Positions 1 to 8,435 of a DNA stretch of 47,822 nt are shown here, in pieces. Source of the DNA: Planctomycetota bacterium (GTDB lineage Bacteria; Planctomycetota; MHYJ01; JACPRB01); contig JACPRB010000064.1 in NCBI GenBank assembly GCA_016190155.1, forward strand, positions 1 to 47,822, read 5' to 3'. A program made the position numbers and the translations under genes. Position 1 is the stretch's first letter, and each line of letters opens with the position of its first letter. The notes beneath the pieces are model-generated. The model was not told the DNA's origin and did no database searches. It saw only the letters and a list, made by a program, of their open reading frames with translations.

Positions 1-70
1 CCGGAAGATCTTCGCGTCGCGAGAAGATGTGGATGGTGAGTAGTGCAGAGGGTCCTCTTTGAGATTCCGA

Positions 71-1243
71 CTACTTCTCTGAGAAGACGTTGTTCGAAAG
101 CGTGACGGAGTCGAACTGAACGGCCTTCATGTCGGCCAGACTCCCCAGGGTGTTGTCCTTGATTGTGGAGTTTCGGACGGTGATTTTGGCGTCCGTGTCG
201 AAGAGCGCACCGTCGCCTGAATTTCGAGAAATGGTGCTGTGCTCCAGCGTGACATCGCGGCAGCTGTCGAGCCTAAAGCCTCTTCTCCAGCACTTGTTGT
301 TCTCGAAGGTGCTCTTCACAAAGTAGAGTTCTGTACTGTGTTGCGCGGAGAAAATCCCACCGGTGCACTCTCGAATCCGACCGTTCTCGAATCGAAAGCG
401 GGTTACACGGTCCAAAGTCAGGCCCTCCCAGCCGCAACCGAACAGGTCGCATCCGTCCAGGCGCACGTCTGTACAATCTTCGAATCGGATGACCGCGACG
501 TCGCACCCGTCTTGTGAGGGAACATGACCCAAGACCAGATTAGCCAAAGTAACTCCTTCGCTCCTCACGAAATTCAAGACCCAGTGATGGGGTTCGTCCA
601 CCAGAATCGTCGCTGGATTCTCCGGAGATCCGAAGATCGTAAGATTCGAGATTGCGCGGAGAGTGATTTGGGTGTCCTCCCAAGCAACATACTCCATCTC
701 CTTGGGCTTGATTTTGGAGAGGTTATAGATTCCTGGGGCCAGTGCGATCGAGGTATCAGGAGCGATGGCGTTGACCAATTCATCGGCCGTAGCGACTCGG
801 ACGACGGGAGGCTCCTGAAACGGGGGAATGACGAGTCGCTGCCCCACCTCCAAGCCTGCGACATCGATCGTCGGATTCGTCACTGTGATGAGCCTCCAAT
901 GGCGGCCATCGCCGTAATACTGCTGGGCGATCTTCCAAACCGAGTCTCCGGGCTGGACCACGTGTTCTCGCGACGCCTTCTCCTCCTGGCGTGCGGCGGG
1001 CATGGCGGTCTCCCGCGACGGCGAGGCAGATTGCACCACGACCAGAATCCCTGCGAAGACGAGCAATGAAGCGGCCACGGCGATCCTCCCTTCCCATCGA
1101 GTTCTGTTCCCTCGCCCCTCGGCGCGCTGGATCCCCGCGAGGAAGCGTTCGGTCAGGGCATCCGCGCGAGAGTCCTCCAGCGGATCCGCCCATCGTCGGA
1201 TCAGGCGGTCGACGTTCTGCGCCAACGGATCCTGTTCAAGCAT
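71..1243 (-). CDS. Single-pass membrane protein, probable anti-sigma factor with extracytoplasmic LysM domain and right-handed beta-helix-like repeats
   Basis: ORF track 71..1315. The preferred ATG at 1243 (MLEQDPLAQNVDRL...) overlaps the stop of the upstream ECF sigma gene by 8 nt (ATGCTTGA). One TM helix (IAVAASLLVFAGILVVV). LysM-like block (VVQPGDSVWKIAQQYYGDGRHWRLITVTNP...VGQRLVIPP). This is followed by Cys/Asn-rich short repeats typical of a parallel beta-helix (NLTIFG, VTLANLVLG, CTDVRLDGCDLFGCG, VTLEHSTISRNSG, ITVRNSTIKDN). Confidence 0.7.
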   Translation of the reverse strand: MLEQDPLAQNVDRLIRRWADPLEDSRADALTERFLAGIQRAEGRGNRTRWEGRIAVAASLLVFAGILVVVQSASPSRETAMPAARQEEKASREHVVQPGDSVWKIAQQYYGDGRHWRLITVTNPTIDVAGLEVGQRLVIPPFQEPPVVRVATADELVNAIAPDTSIALAPGIYNLSKIKPKEMEYVAWEDTQITLRAISNLTIFGSPENPATILVDEPHHWVLNFVRSEGVTLANLVLGHVPSQDGCDVAVIRFEDCTDVRLDGCDLFGCGWEGLTLDRVTRFRFENGRIRECTGGIFSAQHSTELYFVKSTFENNKCWRRGFRLDSCRDVTLEHSTISRNSGDGALFDTDAKITVRNSTIKDNTLGSLADMKAVQFDSVTLSNNVFSEK

Positions 1244-1781
1244 CGTTCGCCTCGACTTCAACGAGCAATTTGCGCAGCGCTTCGCGGGCCCGCCGCAGGC
1301 GCGATTCCACGGCATCCTCGCTTTCGGCGAGGTCGGCGGCGATACGCGACACGCTGTGACCGTGACAGTGTCTGCGCATCAATACGTCGAAGTAAGGCTC
1401 GTCGAGTTGCTGCATCGCGCGTCGGACCAGCGCGCCAACCTCCTCCTTCTGGAGCACCTCGTCGGGAATCGGCGCGCGATCCATCTCGGTCAGCGCGGAC
1501 ATAATCGCTGGTGGCAGAGCCCGCCTGCGCCGGGCGCGCCACCGATCGCGGATCTTGTTCTTGGCAATCTCGAGGAGCCACGTGAGAGTCGAACACTCGT
1601 TTCGGAAGCGATCTCGATTTAGCCATGCGTGCAGGAAGCACTCCTGGAGGAGATCCTCGACGTCGCAGGGCGGCGCACCGGTCTTTCGGGAGATGAAGGA
1701 GTAGACCTCCCGGACGTGATTCCTGAAGAAGGAGTCCGGCCGGGCCGGGCCGGTGCCCAAAACACGTTCCTCTGTTTCCAT
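1236..1781 (-). CDS. ECF-type RNA polymerase sigma-70 family factor
   Basis: 181-aa ORF with ATG at 1781. Region-2-like (LLQECFLHAWLNRDRFRNECSTLTWLLEIAKNKIRDRWR) and region-4-like HTH (HSVSRIAADLAESEDAVESRLRRAREALRKLL) segments. Translationally coupled to the downstream membrane protein. Confidence 0.85.
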   Translation of the reverse strand: METEERVLGTGPARPDSFFRNHVREVYSFISRKTGAPPCDVEDLLQECFLHAWLNRDRFRNECSTLTWLLEIAKNKIRDRWRARRRRALPPAIMSALTEMDRAPIPDEVLQKEEVGALVRRAMQQLDEPYFDVLMRRHCHGHSVSRIAADLAESEDAVESRLRRAREALRKLLVEVEANDA

Positions 1782-1867
1782 GTTCTCTCGCGACGGTCAA
1801 GAGGGTAGACGCGCGACCGAGCAGATTCCGTCGAAGTTTTCCGACGGTTTCAGGCAGGGACGTTCGG

Positions 1868-3418
1868 CTATCGCGACGTTCTTTGCGTGACCTCCCACGC
1901 GTCCAATGCTCGACGGCGCTCCTGGCAGCGGCGGTTCCACTCCTTGGCCTGAGCCTGCCAATCTCCGTTCGGCTCCAGCTTCACGAGGTGTTCCAAAGCT
2001 CCGAGAACCGAAGCGTCGAAGCCCAGTTCCCAGGAGGCGTCCTGGAAGAGAGGGCAGGCGAAAGGATGGTCGGGAAGCAATTCGAGGACTCGCCGCCACA
2101 TTTGTGCGGCGAGCGCGGGGTCGCCTCGCGCCTCATAAACGCGGGCAAGTTCTCGGAAGACCCTCGCAAACCACGGGCGCCGCTCTGGATGCACGGGGCC
2201 GGCGAGGAACGAGGCCAGTCTCTCCTGCGTCGCTTGAAGCTCGGTGGAAGCGTCGGAGACCAGTTCTCGCCATTCGCGGGTGGACCGTATGTACAAGCCG
2301 GAATAATCCCATCCTTTCCCCATCGCTTCGACCGAAGCGGCCGGGACCATGGCCGCCACCGCCAACGGCCGTCCCGACAGCGGCAGGCGCAGCGGCGGCG
2401 CCGCGGGCTCGAACCAGACGCGATGCACCTTCGGTTCTTCTTCGGTGATGACAGTGATCTGCGCCGGCCACCGTTCCGTGCGGGTCGGCCCCACGACGCA
2501 GCTCAGCCGCACGTCGATCGCGTCCTCCCCCGCCGGCGCCCACTCCGCGCGCAGGAAGGGATGATCGCGGCGACCGCGCAGATAGGTGTCCAGAAAGCGC
2601 TGGAGCAGCGACGTATAGGCGTCGCCGTACGCGCCGGCGATCCCCGGGGAATGCCCGCACTCCTCCGCCAGCCACAAGAAGCGTGGGGCTGGTGCCGCGA
2701 GCGACGTCGCGAAGATGCGGCACGCGCCGGAGGTCGGAGTAATCGTGTCCTGAGTCCCGTGGAGAAAAAGGACCGGTTGGCGCAGCCGCGCGACGGAGGC
2801 CTCGATGTTCCAGGACGACGGGAAGAAGAACATCTGGCCCAACGCCGCGAGGAATCCGCCCACCCTGCGGCGCGCCTCGCGCGAGGGATTGAAGACCCCT
2901 TCGAGGATCAACGCATCGATGTCGTCCGGCGCCGCGGCGGCCACCGCGACGGCCGTGACGCTTCCCAGCGAGATCCCCATGAGGGCGACGCGTGCCGTGT
3001 CGGGCCGTGATCGAACCGCGTGAAGAACCGCGACCGTGTCCTCGGCCAGCGACCAGAGGTCGGGCTCGCCGGCACTGAATCCGAATCCCCGGTAATCGAA
3101 GAGGACCGCGTTGTAACCGGCCTTCACCAGGCCCTGCGCCAAGGTCAGGTACAGCTGCTTGTTGTCGGTGTTTCCGCCGCAGACGATGACCGTAGCGCTG
3201 GAATTGTCGGCCGGAAAGAACCATGTGTGGAGGCGCGCGCCATCGACGGGCACGGCGAACGTCTCGTACGTCAGCTCGAAATCTTCCGGCATGAGCTGGA
3301 AGTGCGGACTGGGGAAAAGAACGGCTGAGTTGAGTTTCGAGCGCACGCTGCATCCTACCAGAATCAGCGGGAGGATGACCGCCCAGAACCGCGGGCGAAG
3401 TCGACGCGATGGGTTCAT
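1868..3418 (-). CDS. Lipoprotein alpha/beta-hydrolase with C-terminal helical (TPR-like) domain
   Basis: ORF track 1868..3595. The ATG at 3418 gives a lipoprotein-type signal (MNPSRRLRPRFWAVILPLILVGC) and a 4-nt ATGA overlap with the upstream gene stop. Hydrolase core includes FDYRGFGFSAG and the nucleophile elbow GISLGS. Confidence 0.75.
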   Translation of the reverse strand: MNPSRRLRPRFWAVILPLILVGCSVRSKLNSAVLFPSPHFQLMPEDFELTYETFAVPVDGARLHTWFFPADNSSATVIVCGGNTDNKQLYLTLAQGLVKAGYNAVLFDYRGFGFSAGEPDLWSLAEDTVAVLHAVRSRPDTARVALMGISLGSVTAVAVAAAAPDDIDALILEGVFNPSREARRRVGGFLAALGQMFFFPSSWNIEASVARLRQPVLFLHGTQDTITPTSGACRIFATSLAAPAPRFLWLAEECGHSPGIAGAYGDAYTSLLQRFLDTYLRGRRDHPFLRAEWAPAGEDAIDVRLSCVVGPTRTERWPAQITVITEEEPKVHRVWFEPAAPPLRLPLSGRPLAVAAMVPAASVEAMGKGWDYSGLYIRSTREWRELVSDASTELQATQERLASFLAGPVHPERRPWFARVFRELARVYEARGDPALAAQMWRRVLELLPDHPFACPLFQDASWELGFDASVLGALEHLVKLEPNGDWQAQAKEWNRRCQERRRALDAWEVTQRTSR

Positions 3419-5478
3419 GGTCTTGCGCTGCGCGTCTTCTGTTTCACGCGTTCCGTCGAGACGAGTCGCGCCGTGCCCCACGAGCGCGATAGGTGCAGGA
3501 TCTGCAGATGCACATGCTCCTCGCGCGCGTCGAGGATCACCGAACCGAGCACGCGAACGGTGCGGGTTTCCGGGTACCCGTGCACGCCCTTCCACTCGAT
3601 CGTCACCCGGCGATCGCTTTCAGGCAGCAGGAGGGTGGCTGCTTCCGGAGGCCGGATCGCGAGGCGCAGGATGTCGCCCGCCGAAGGCGCCGTACGCAGC
3701 TTGGTGCGTTCGGGGAACTTGACGGAAGGCGGGGGTTTGCCAGGGCGCAGCGAGAAAAGCCAGTCCTGACCGAAGGCGGCCGCGGGTTCCGAACCGAACA
3801 TCTGTCGTACAACGTTGCCCGCCGTGTCGGGAAGGTCGTGAAGGTGGACGAGAACATGCCGCACTCCCAAGGCGCCGATGTAGCGGCGGCCGCGGCCCGT
3901 CTGATCCTCCGCGACGGCGACGGCCAGCTGCCAGAAGGGCTCCGGAAAATGGCCGGAGTAGCCGTTGACGATGGGATGGTTGTGGACGCGCGCGCGCCGC
4001 ATGGCGAGTACTTCCCGTTCCAGGTGCGCGGGCGTGGTTCCTTCAGCCAGGGGCAGTTCCAGGACGGCGCCATCGTCCTTGTGCTGTTTGAGCCACTCCA
4101 GGGCGATCTCGTGGTCCTTGATGCCTCGCGCGCCGTCCGCGAGCGGGATAGGCATCGTCCACACCTCCGCGGCGAGCAGGACGAAGAGCGTGCCGGTGAC
4201 GTAACGGTGATGCCGGATATAGGCGATGGCGGGCGCGGCCAGGATGGCCAAGCCCACGGTCGTAAAGAAGACGATGCGGGCCGGTGAGCGGATCCCGCTC
4301 CATCCAGGAAAGAGATCGTGGAGGATCCAATAGGGCGCGAAACCGAAGATGGAAAGGCGCCCTCCGAAGGCGATCAGAAGCGAGGCCAGGGCGATCACAG
4401 CCAGCGCCGGCGCGACGCCGCGCGGCGTGGCATACCAGCCGCTGATCCGGAAGCGCGCGAGCGATGCGGCGATCAGCCAGATCAAGATGAGGACGACGCC
4501 GAGATCCCAGGAGTAGACATTAGGATCGGCGTCCGCATGCAGCAGGCGGGTGGTGAGCCAGTGACCGTGCGCGGGTAGGACGGGATCGGGAAAGACGTCC
4601 AACGTCCCGAGGACTTCCTCGTGCGGGCGCTCGAAGCCCATCTGGTCGAGATGGGCTTTCTGGGGCAAGAGGAAGAGGAGGCATATGAACGCGGCCGCCG
4701 CGCACGCGCCGAGGATCATCAAGACCGCGCGTCGATCCCACGGCGTTTTCCATGGGATGAGGAAGGCGACGCCGACCGGCAGCAGGAACGTCAGGAAGAC
4801 GCCGAATTGCGCGCAGGTCAGCCAGGTGAGGACGTACGCGACCGCCGCGCCCCACAACGCAAATGGGCGAAAGCCCCTTGCGAGCGAGAGCACGAATGCC
4901 AGGCACGCGATAGGAAAGCCGCCGGCCAGGAGATGGATGACCGCCGCCTGATGCATGGCGTAGCCGCCGACGGCCAGCCAGAGCCCGGAGGCGAAGGCCG
5001 CGATTCGATCTTCGGTCAGCTGTCGCGCCAGCGCGTACGTGGCGGTCCCTTGGAAGACGAGATACGCCAAGAAGAGGAGGTTGTACGCGAGGAACGGCTG
5101 CCCGGTGACGGCGTGGAGCAGGCAAAAGAGGAAGCCGGTGAACGGTTGCGTCTCGGACCACGCGAGCGTTCCGGAGTGGGGCCAAAAGATCCCGGCGTCC
5201 CAGTAGGGTTGTCCGTGCGAGAGGGCGTGGCCTGTGTGTTCCAAGACGTAGAGGTTGAAGAGGGCTACGGTGGAGGGTTCGCTTCCGGAGGGGATGGACG
5301 AGGCGATGTGCCACACGAGAGGCCAGGTGAAGATGAGGGCAGCGCCTGCATATAGAGCGGTCGCTTTGCGCAGCTCTTTCTTCCAGGACGCGTCGGCGTT
5401 CACCGTGGTAAATGGTAGCTCGATATCCTCGTCGAAGTTAGGCTCAATTGGGGAGAAGAAATCTCGTGGTGAACCCAT
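3415..5478 (-). CDS. Large polytopic membrane protein, GT-C-fold-like (possible glycosyl/arabinosyl-transferase) with C-terminal soluble domain
   Basis: ORF track 3415..5592. Many hydrophobic helices in the N-terminal ~470 aa, then a soluble C-terminal domain. The start is uncertain: ATG 5478 (MGSPRDFF...) or GTG 5403 (VNADASWKKELRK...). The latter would leave an AT-richer divergent promoter gap. The family assignment is tentative. Confidence 0.55.
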   Translation of the reverse strand: MGSPRDFFSPIEPNFDEDIELPFTTVNADASWKKELRKATALYAGAALIFTWPLVWHIASSIPSGSEPSTVALFNLYVLEHTGHALSHGQPYWDAGIFWPHSGTLAWSETQPFTGFLFCLLHAVTGQPFLAYNLLFLAYLVFQGTATYALARQLTEDRIAAFASGLWLAVGGYAMHQAAVIHLLAGGFPIACLAFVLSLARGFRPFALWGAAVAYVLTWLTCAQFGVFLTFLLPVGVAFLIPWKTPWDRRAVLMILGACAAAAFICLLFLLPQKAHLDQMGFERPHEEVLGTLDVFPDPVLPAHGHWLTTRLLHADADPNVYSWDLGVVLILIWLIAASLARFRISGWYATPRGVAPALAVIALASLLIAFGGRLSIFGFAPYWILHDLFPGWSGIRSPARIVFFTTVGLAILAAPAIAYIRHHRYVTGTLFVLLAAEVWTMPIPLADGARGIKDHEIALEWLKQHKDDGAVLELPLAEGTTPAHLEREVLAMRRARVHNHPIVNGYSGHFPEPFWQLAVAVAEDQTGRGRRYIGALGVRHVLVHLHDLPDTAGNVVRQMFGSEPAAAFGQDWLFSLRPGKPPPSVKFPERTKLRTAPSAGDILRLAIRPPEAATLLLPESDRRVTIEWKGVHGYPETRTVRVLGSVILDAREEHVHLQILHLSRSWGTARLVSTERVKQKTRSARP

Positions 5479-6092
5479 TCCTCGCTGGCGAAACCCCACC
5501 TGTGCCCGTGCTGGTGATCGGACACCGCGGGTGCGCGCACGTGCCGGAGAACACGCTGCAGGCCTTCGATCGGGCGATCGCGCTCGGGGCACGGATGATC
5601 GAGTTCGACGTGCGAGAGCGGCTCGTGGTGTCGCATGATCCGACTCGGCAGACGCGGCCGACGCTGGCCGACGCGCTGCGGTTCCTCAAGAGCAAGGACG
5701 TGTTCATCAACGTCGAGCTCAAGGTGGACGGATTGGTGCGGGAGACGCTGCGCTTGCTGCGAAAGCACGATCTGATCGAACGTACGGTGGTGTCGAGTTT
5801 TCTGCACGACCAGGTGGCGCTGGCGAAGCGGCGGTGTCCGGAGCTGGCCGGGGGCGTCTTGTCCCAAGATCGGCTCATGGATCCGGCGCGCTACGTTCGC
5901 GAGATTGTGGGAGCGGACGTCTACGGCCCGGGACGGGCGGTGTACCAGGCGGTGCGCGGCGTGGGCGTGCACGTGTGGACGGTGAACGATCCCAAGGAGA
6001 TGAAGCGGCTGATCGCGGAGGGCGCCACCGGGATTTTCACGGATTATCCGGAGCGGTTGGCGCGGCTTGCGCCGCCGCGAAGTCGCGGATAA
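5448..6092 (+). CDS. Glycerophosphodiester phosphodiesterase (GDPD) family protein
   Basis: GDPD signature VIGHRGCAHVPENTLQAFDRAIALGARMIEFDV. The track start at 5448 is a TTG. GTG at 5502 (VPVLVIGHRG) is an equally plausible start. The 3' end overlaps the convergent dus gene by 56 nt. Confidence 0.8.
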   Translation: MGRRNLVVNPFLAGETPPVPVLVIGHRGCAHVPENTLQAFDRAIALGARMIEFDVRERLVVSHDPTRQTRPTLADALRFLKSKDVFINVELKVDGLVRETLRLLRKHDLIERTVVSSFLHDQVALAKRRCPELAGGVLSQDRLMDPARYVREIVGADVYGPGRAVYQAVRGVGVHVWTVNDPKEMKRLIAEGATGIFTDYPERLARLAPPRSRG

Positions 6093-7032
6093 TCGCGAGT
6101 AACTCTTCGAAAGTGCGCACCCTTCCCCCTCGTCCGCGTAGCGCCATCGCCCCAGGCACGCCCTTCACGTACCAGTGGATCACGGGTCGCACGAGGATGA
6201 GCGCCTTCTCGTCTCCGTGGTCGTGCCGCAGCAGCGCGAAGTGATCCGCGAGGACGGCGGCGCGCTCGGCCGCGGTGGGTCGCGCGGGCGGCGGCTCGCC
6301 CTTCAAGGCGAGCGCGATCTCGCGGTAGATCCACGGATTGCCGAGCGCCCCGCGAGCAACCATGACGCCGTCGCAACCGGTGACGTCCATCATGCGCTTG
6401 GCGTCGGCGCCACAGCGGATGTCGCCGTTGCCGACGACCGGCACGCCGGCGACGTCCTTCACGCGGCGGATCGCGTCGGTGTTGGAAAGACCCGAGTAGC
6501 CTTGCCGGCGCGTGCGGCCGTGCACGGTGATCCAAGCCACGCCCGATTCGCCGGCGATTCGGGCGATGTGAAGGAATCGGTCGTCGTCTCCGTCGTCGAA
6601 GCCGGTGCGCATCTTGATCGTGACGGGCACGCGAACCGCGGGCACGAGTTTTTCGAGGATGCGGCCGATGTGCTCGGGTTCCTTGAGAAGCGCGGACCCG
6701 CACCCATCGTCGACGACCTTGTTGACGGGGCAGCCGAGATTGAGATCGATGACGTCGGCGCCGAGCTGTTCGAGGCGTTGGGCGGCATCGGCCAGCATGG
6801 CTGGATCACGTCCGAGGAGCTGCATCCCCACGGGGCGATCGTGTTGGTCGGTCCTGAGCATCGCCAGCGTGCGCGGGTGGCCCTCCACGACGGGACGATC
6901 CTTCACCATTTCGCAGAAGGCCATCTCGCAGCCGAAGCGGCGCGCGATGGTGCGGTAGGCCAGATCCGTGCAGCCGACCATCGGCGATTGCAGGATTCGG
7001 GGCGGCGTCCGTATCATGGCGGCGATGCTCAT
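6037..7032 (-). CDS. dus: tRNA-dihydrouridine synthase
   Basis: ORF track 6037..7263. Dus motifs are present: SPMVGCTDLAYRTIARRFGCEMAFCEMV, LNLGCPVNKVVDDGCGSALL, TIKMRTG, ITVHGRT. Likely start is ATG 7032 (MSIAAM...) or ATG 7017 (MIRTPP...). The upstream extension is Arg/Pro-rich shadow sequence. Confidence 0.85.
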   Translation of the reverse strand: MSIAAMIRTPPRILQSPMVGCTDLAYRTIARRFGCEMAFCEMVKDRPVVEGHPRTLAMLRTDQHDRPVGMQLLGRDPAMLADAAQRLEQLGADVIDLNLGCPVNKVVDDGCGSALLKEPEHIGRILEKLVPAVRVPVTIKMRTGFDDGDDDRFLHIARIAGESGVAWITVHGRTRRQGYSGLSNTDAIRRVKDVAGVPVVGNGDIRCGADAKRMMDVTGCDGVMVARGALGNPWIYREIALALKGEPPPARPTAAERAAVLADHFALLRHDHGDEKALILVRPVIHWYVKGVPGAMALRGRGGRVRTFEELLAIIRDFAAAQAAPTAPDNP

Positions 7033-7570
7033 TCTCGCTTCGGCTTCGGCCGCGCGACGCGCGCTCCTGCGTCGGGCGGGCTTCCGGTTCAAGGTCGTTC
7101 CCGCGAAGGTGCGCGAGCTTCGCGGTCGCGGCCGTACGTTGCGCCGGACGGTGCTGGAGAACGCCCGTCGCAAGGCGGCCGCCGTGCCCGGGGAGCGCGT
7201 GCTGGCCGCGGACACGATGATCGCGTACGGGGGAAAGATATACGGGAAGCCGAGCGATCGCAAGGCGGCCGTTGATCTGCTGGCGCGGCTGGCGGGAAAG
7301 ACGCACGTGCTGGGGACGGGAATCGTCCTGCGCGACGGACGTCGCGTGATCGAACGCTATGTGGAGACGAGGGTGACGCTTCGGGCGATGGACCGCGCGG
7401 CGGTGGCGCGGCTGGTGTCCGGCTACGATCCGCGTCGGTTCGCGGGAGGCTATGCGATCCGGCGGCGCGACCCTCTGATCGAGAGGATCGAGGGGTCGTT
7501 CACGAACGTCGTGGGACTCCCGATGGAGGTGGTCGGGCCGATGTTGCATGGAGCTCAGCGCGTCAGATAA
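7016..7570 (+). CDS. maf: Maf-like nucleoside triphosphate pyrophosphatase (septum formation protein Maf family)
   Basis: ORF track 6968..7570. Canonical Maf N-terminus LILASASAARRALLRRAGFRF, reached from ATG 7016 (MAAM...) or ATG 7025 (MLILAS...). C-terminal GGYAI...IEGSFTNVVGLP. The stop overlaps the convergent cox subunit IV gene by 16 nt. Confidence 0.85.
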   Translation: MAAMLILASASAARRALLRRAGFRFKVVPAKVRELRGRGRTLRRTVLENARRKAAAVPGERVLAADTMIAYGGKIYGKPSDRKAAVDLLARLAGKTHVLGTGIVLRDGRRVIERYVETRVTLRAMDRAAVARLVSGYDPRRFAGGYAIRRRDPLIERIEGSFTNVVGLPMEVVGPMLHGAQRVR

Positions 7571-7821
7571 TCGTTGAGCGTGAGCGCCAACAGGATCCCC
7601 AACCAGAAAAAGCTTCCCCCGGCGAAGAGCCAGACGAGCTTGCTGCTATAGCGCAGGTGCATGAAGTAAAGCGCGACCAGCGAGGCCTTCACTCCTGCAA
7701 TCGCCAGCGCCAGGATCGTGTTGAAGACGCCGAGGTCGAGATAGGCCGCGCCGACCGAGGAGCCCGTCAGCGCCAGGAGCGCGACGAAGACGGCGGCGGT
7801 GAGCTTCCGCGGCACGATCAT
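7555..7821 (-). CDS. Cytochrome c oxidase subunit IV (prokaryotic COX4 family)
   Basis: ORF track 7555..8121. ATG 7821 ([18 protein letters not shown]...) forms an ATGA overlap with the subunit III stop. 88 aa, hydrophobic, with a KASLVALYFMHLRY motif. Confidence 0.8.
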   Translation of the reverse strand: MIVPRKLTAAVFVALLALTGSSVGAAYLDLGVFNTILALAIAGVKASLVALYFMHLRYSSKLVWLFAGGSFFWLGILLALTLNDYLTR

Positions 7822-8435
7822 CGGTGGCGTCCCACGAGATAGAAAAGCGGGAAGAGGAAGATCCAGACGATATCCACGAAGTGCCAATAAAGCCCGGCGT
7901 TCTCCACGGCGGCAGCATGCGATCGGCGGAGGGCGAGCGCCATCAGGCCGATCATCACGCCCACTCCGATGATCATGTGAACCGCGTGCGTCCCCGTCAT
8001 GACGAAGTAGAGGGAGAAGAAAATCTGTTGCTCGGGTTCGTGCGTGAAGCGCGGACCGGGCACGAGGCCTTCGCGGAACTTGTGGGCGTATTCGAGGCCT
8101 TTGACGGCGAGGAAGACGCACCCGAGCGCCATCGTGGCCAGAAGGAAGACGAACAGCCGGCGGCGGCGCTCAGTCTGCGCGGCGTGCACCGCGAGCGCCA
8201 TCGTGAAGCTGCTGGTGATGAGCACGGCGGTGTTGATTCCGCCCAGCGCGACATCAAGATGGCTGCTGGCTTGGGCGAATGCCCGCTCATGCGCGAGGCG
8301 ATAGACGATGTAGCCGAGGAAGAGGCCTCCGAAGAAGAGCACCTCGGTCATGAGGAAAACCCACATGCCGAGCGTCGCGGCCTCGTGCTGCTGCTCGAGG
8401 TCGTCGAACTGAGGCGCGTGTCCGCGTTCGGTCAT
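7818..8435 (-). CDS. ctaE: Cytochrome c oxidase subunit III
   Basis: C-terminal 205 aa of ORF track 7818..9989, starting [12 protein letters not shown] at ATG 8435 (ATGA overlap with the ctaD stop). Typical subunit III helices ([34 protein letters not shown]). The upstream part of the track ORF is an out-of-frame shadow of ctaD. Confidence 0.9.
   Translation of the reverse strand: MTERGHAPQFDDLEQQHEAATLGMWVFLMTEVLFFGGLFLGYIVYRLAHERAFAQASSHLDVALGGINTAVLITSSFTMALAVHAAQTERRRRLFVFLLATMALGCVFLAVKGLEYAHKFREGLVPGPRFTHEPEQQIFFSLYFVMTGTHAVHMIIGVGVMIGLMALALRRSHAAAVENAGLYWHFVDIVWIFLFPLFYLVGRHR

Noticed and set aside
1828-1847. Small hairpin CCGTCG-N8-CGACGG between the hydrolase stop and the ECF sigma start, considered as a terminator.
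   Set aside because: It is only a 6-bp stem. On the transcribed (minus) strand it is not followed by a U-tract, and it could arise by chance.
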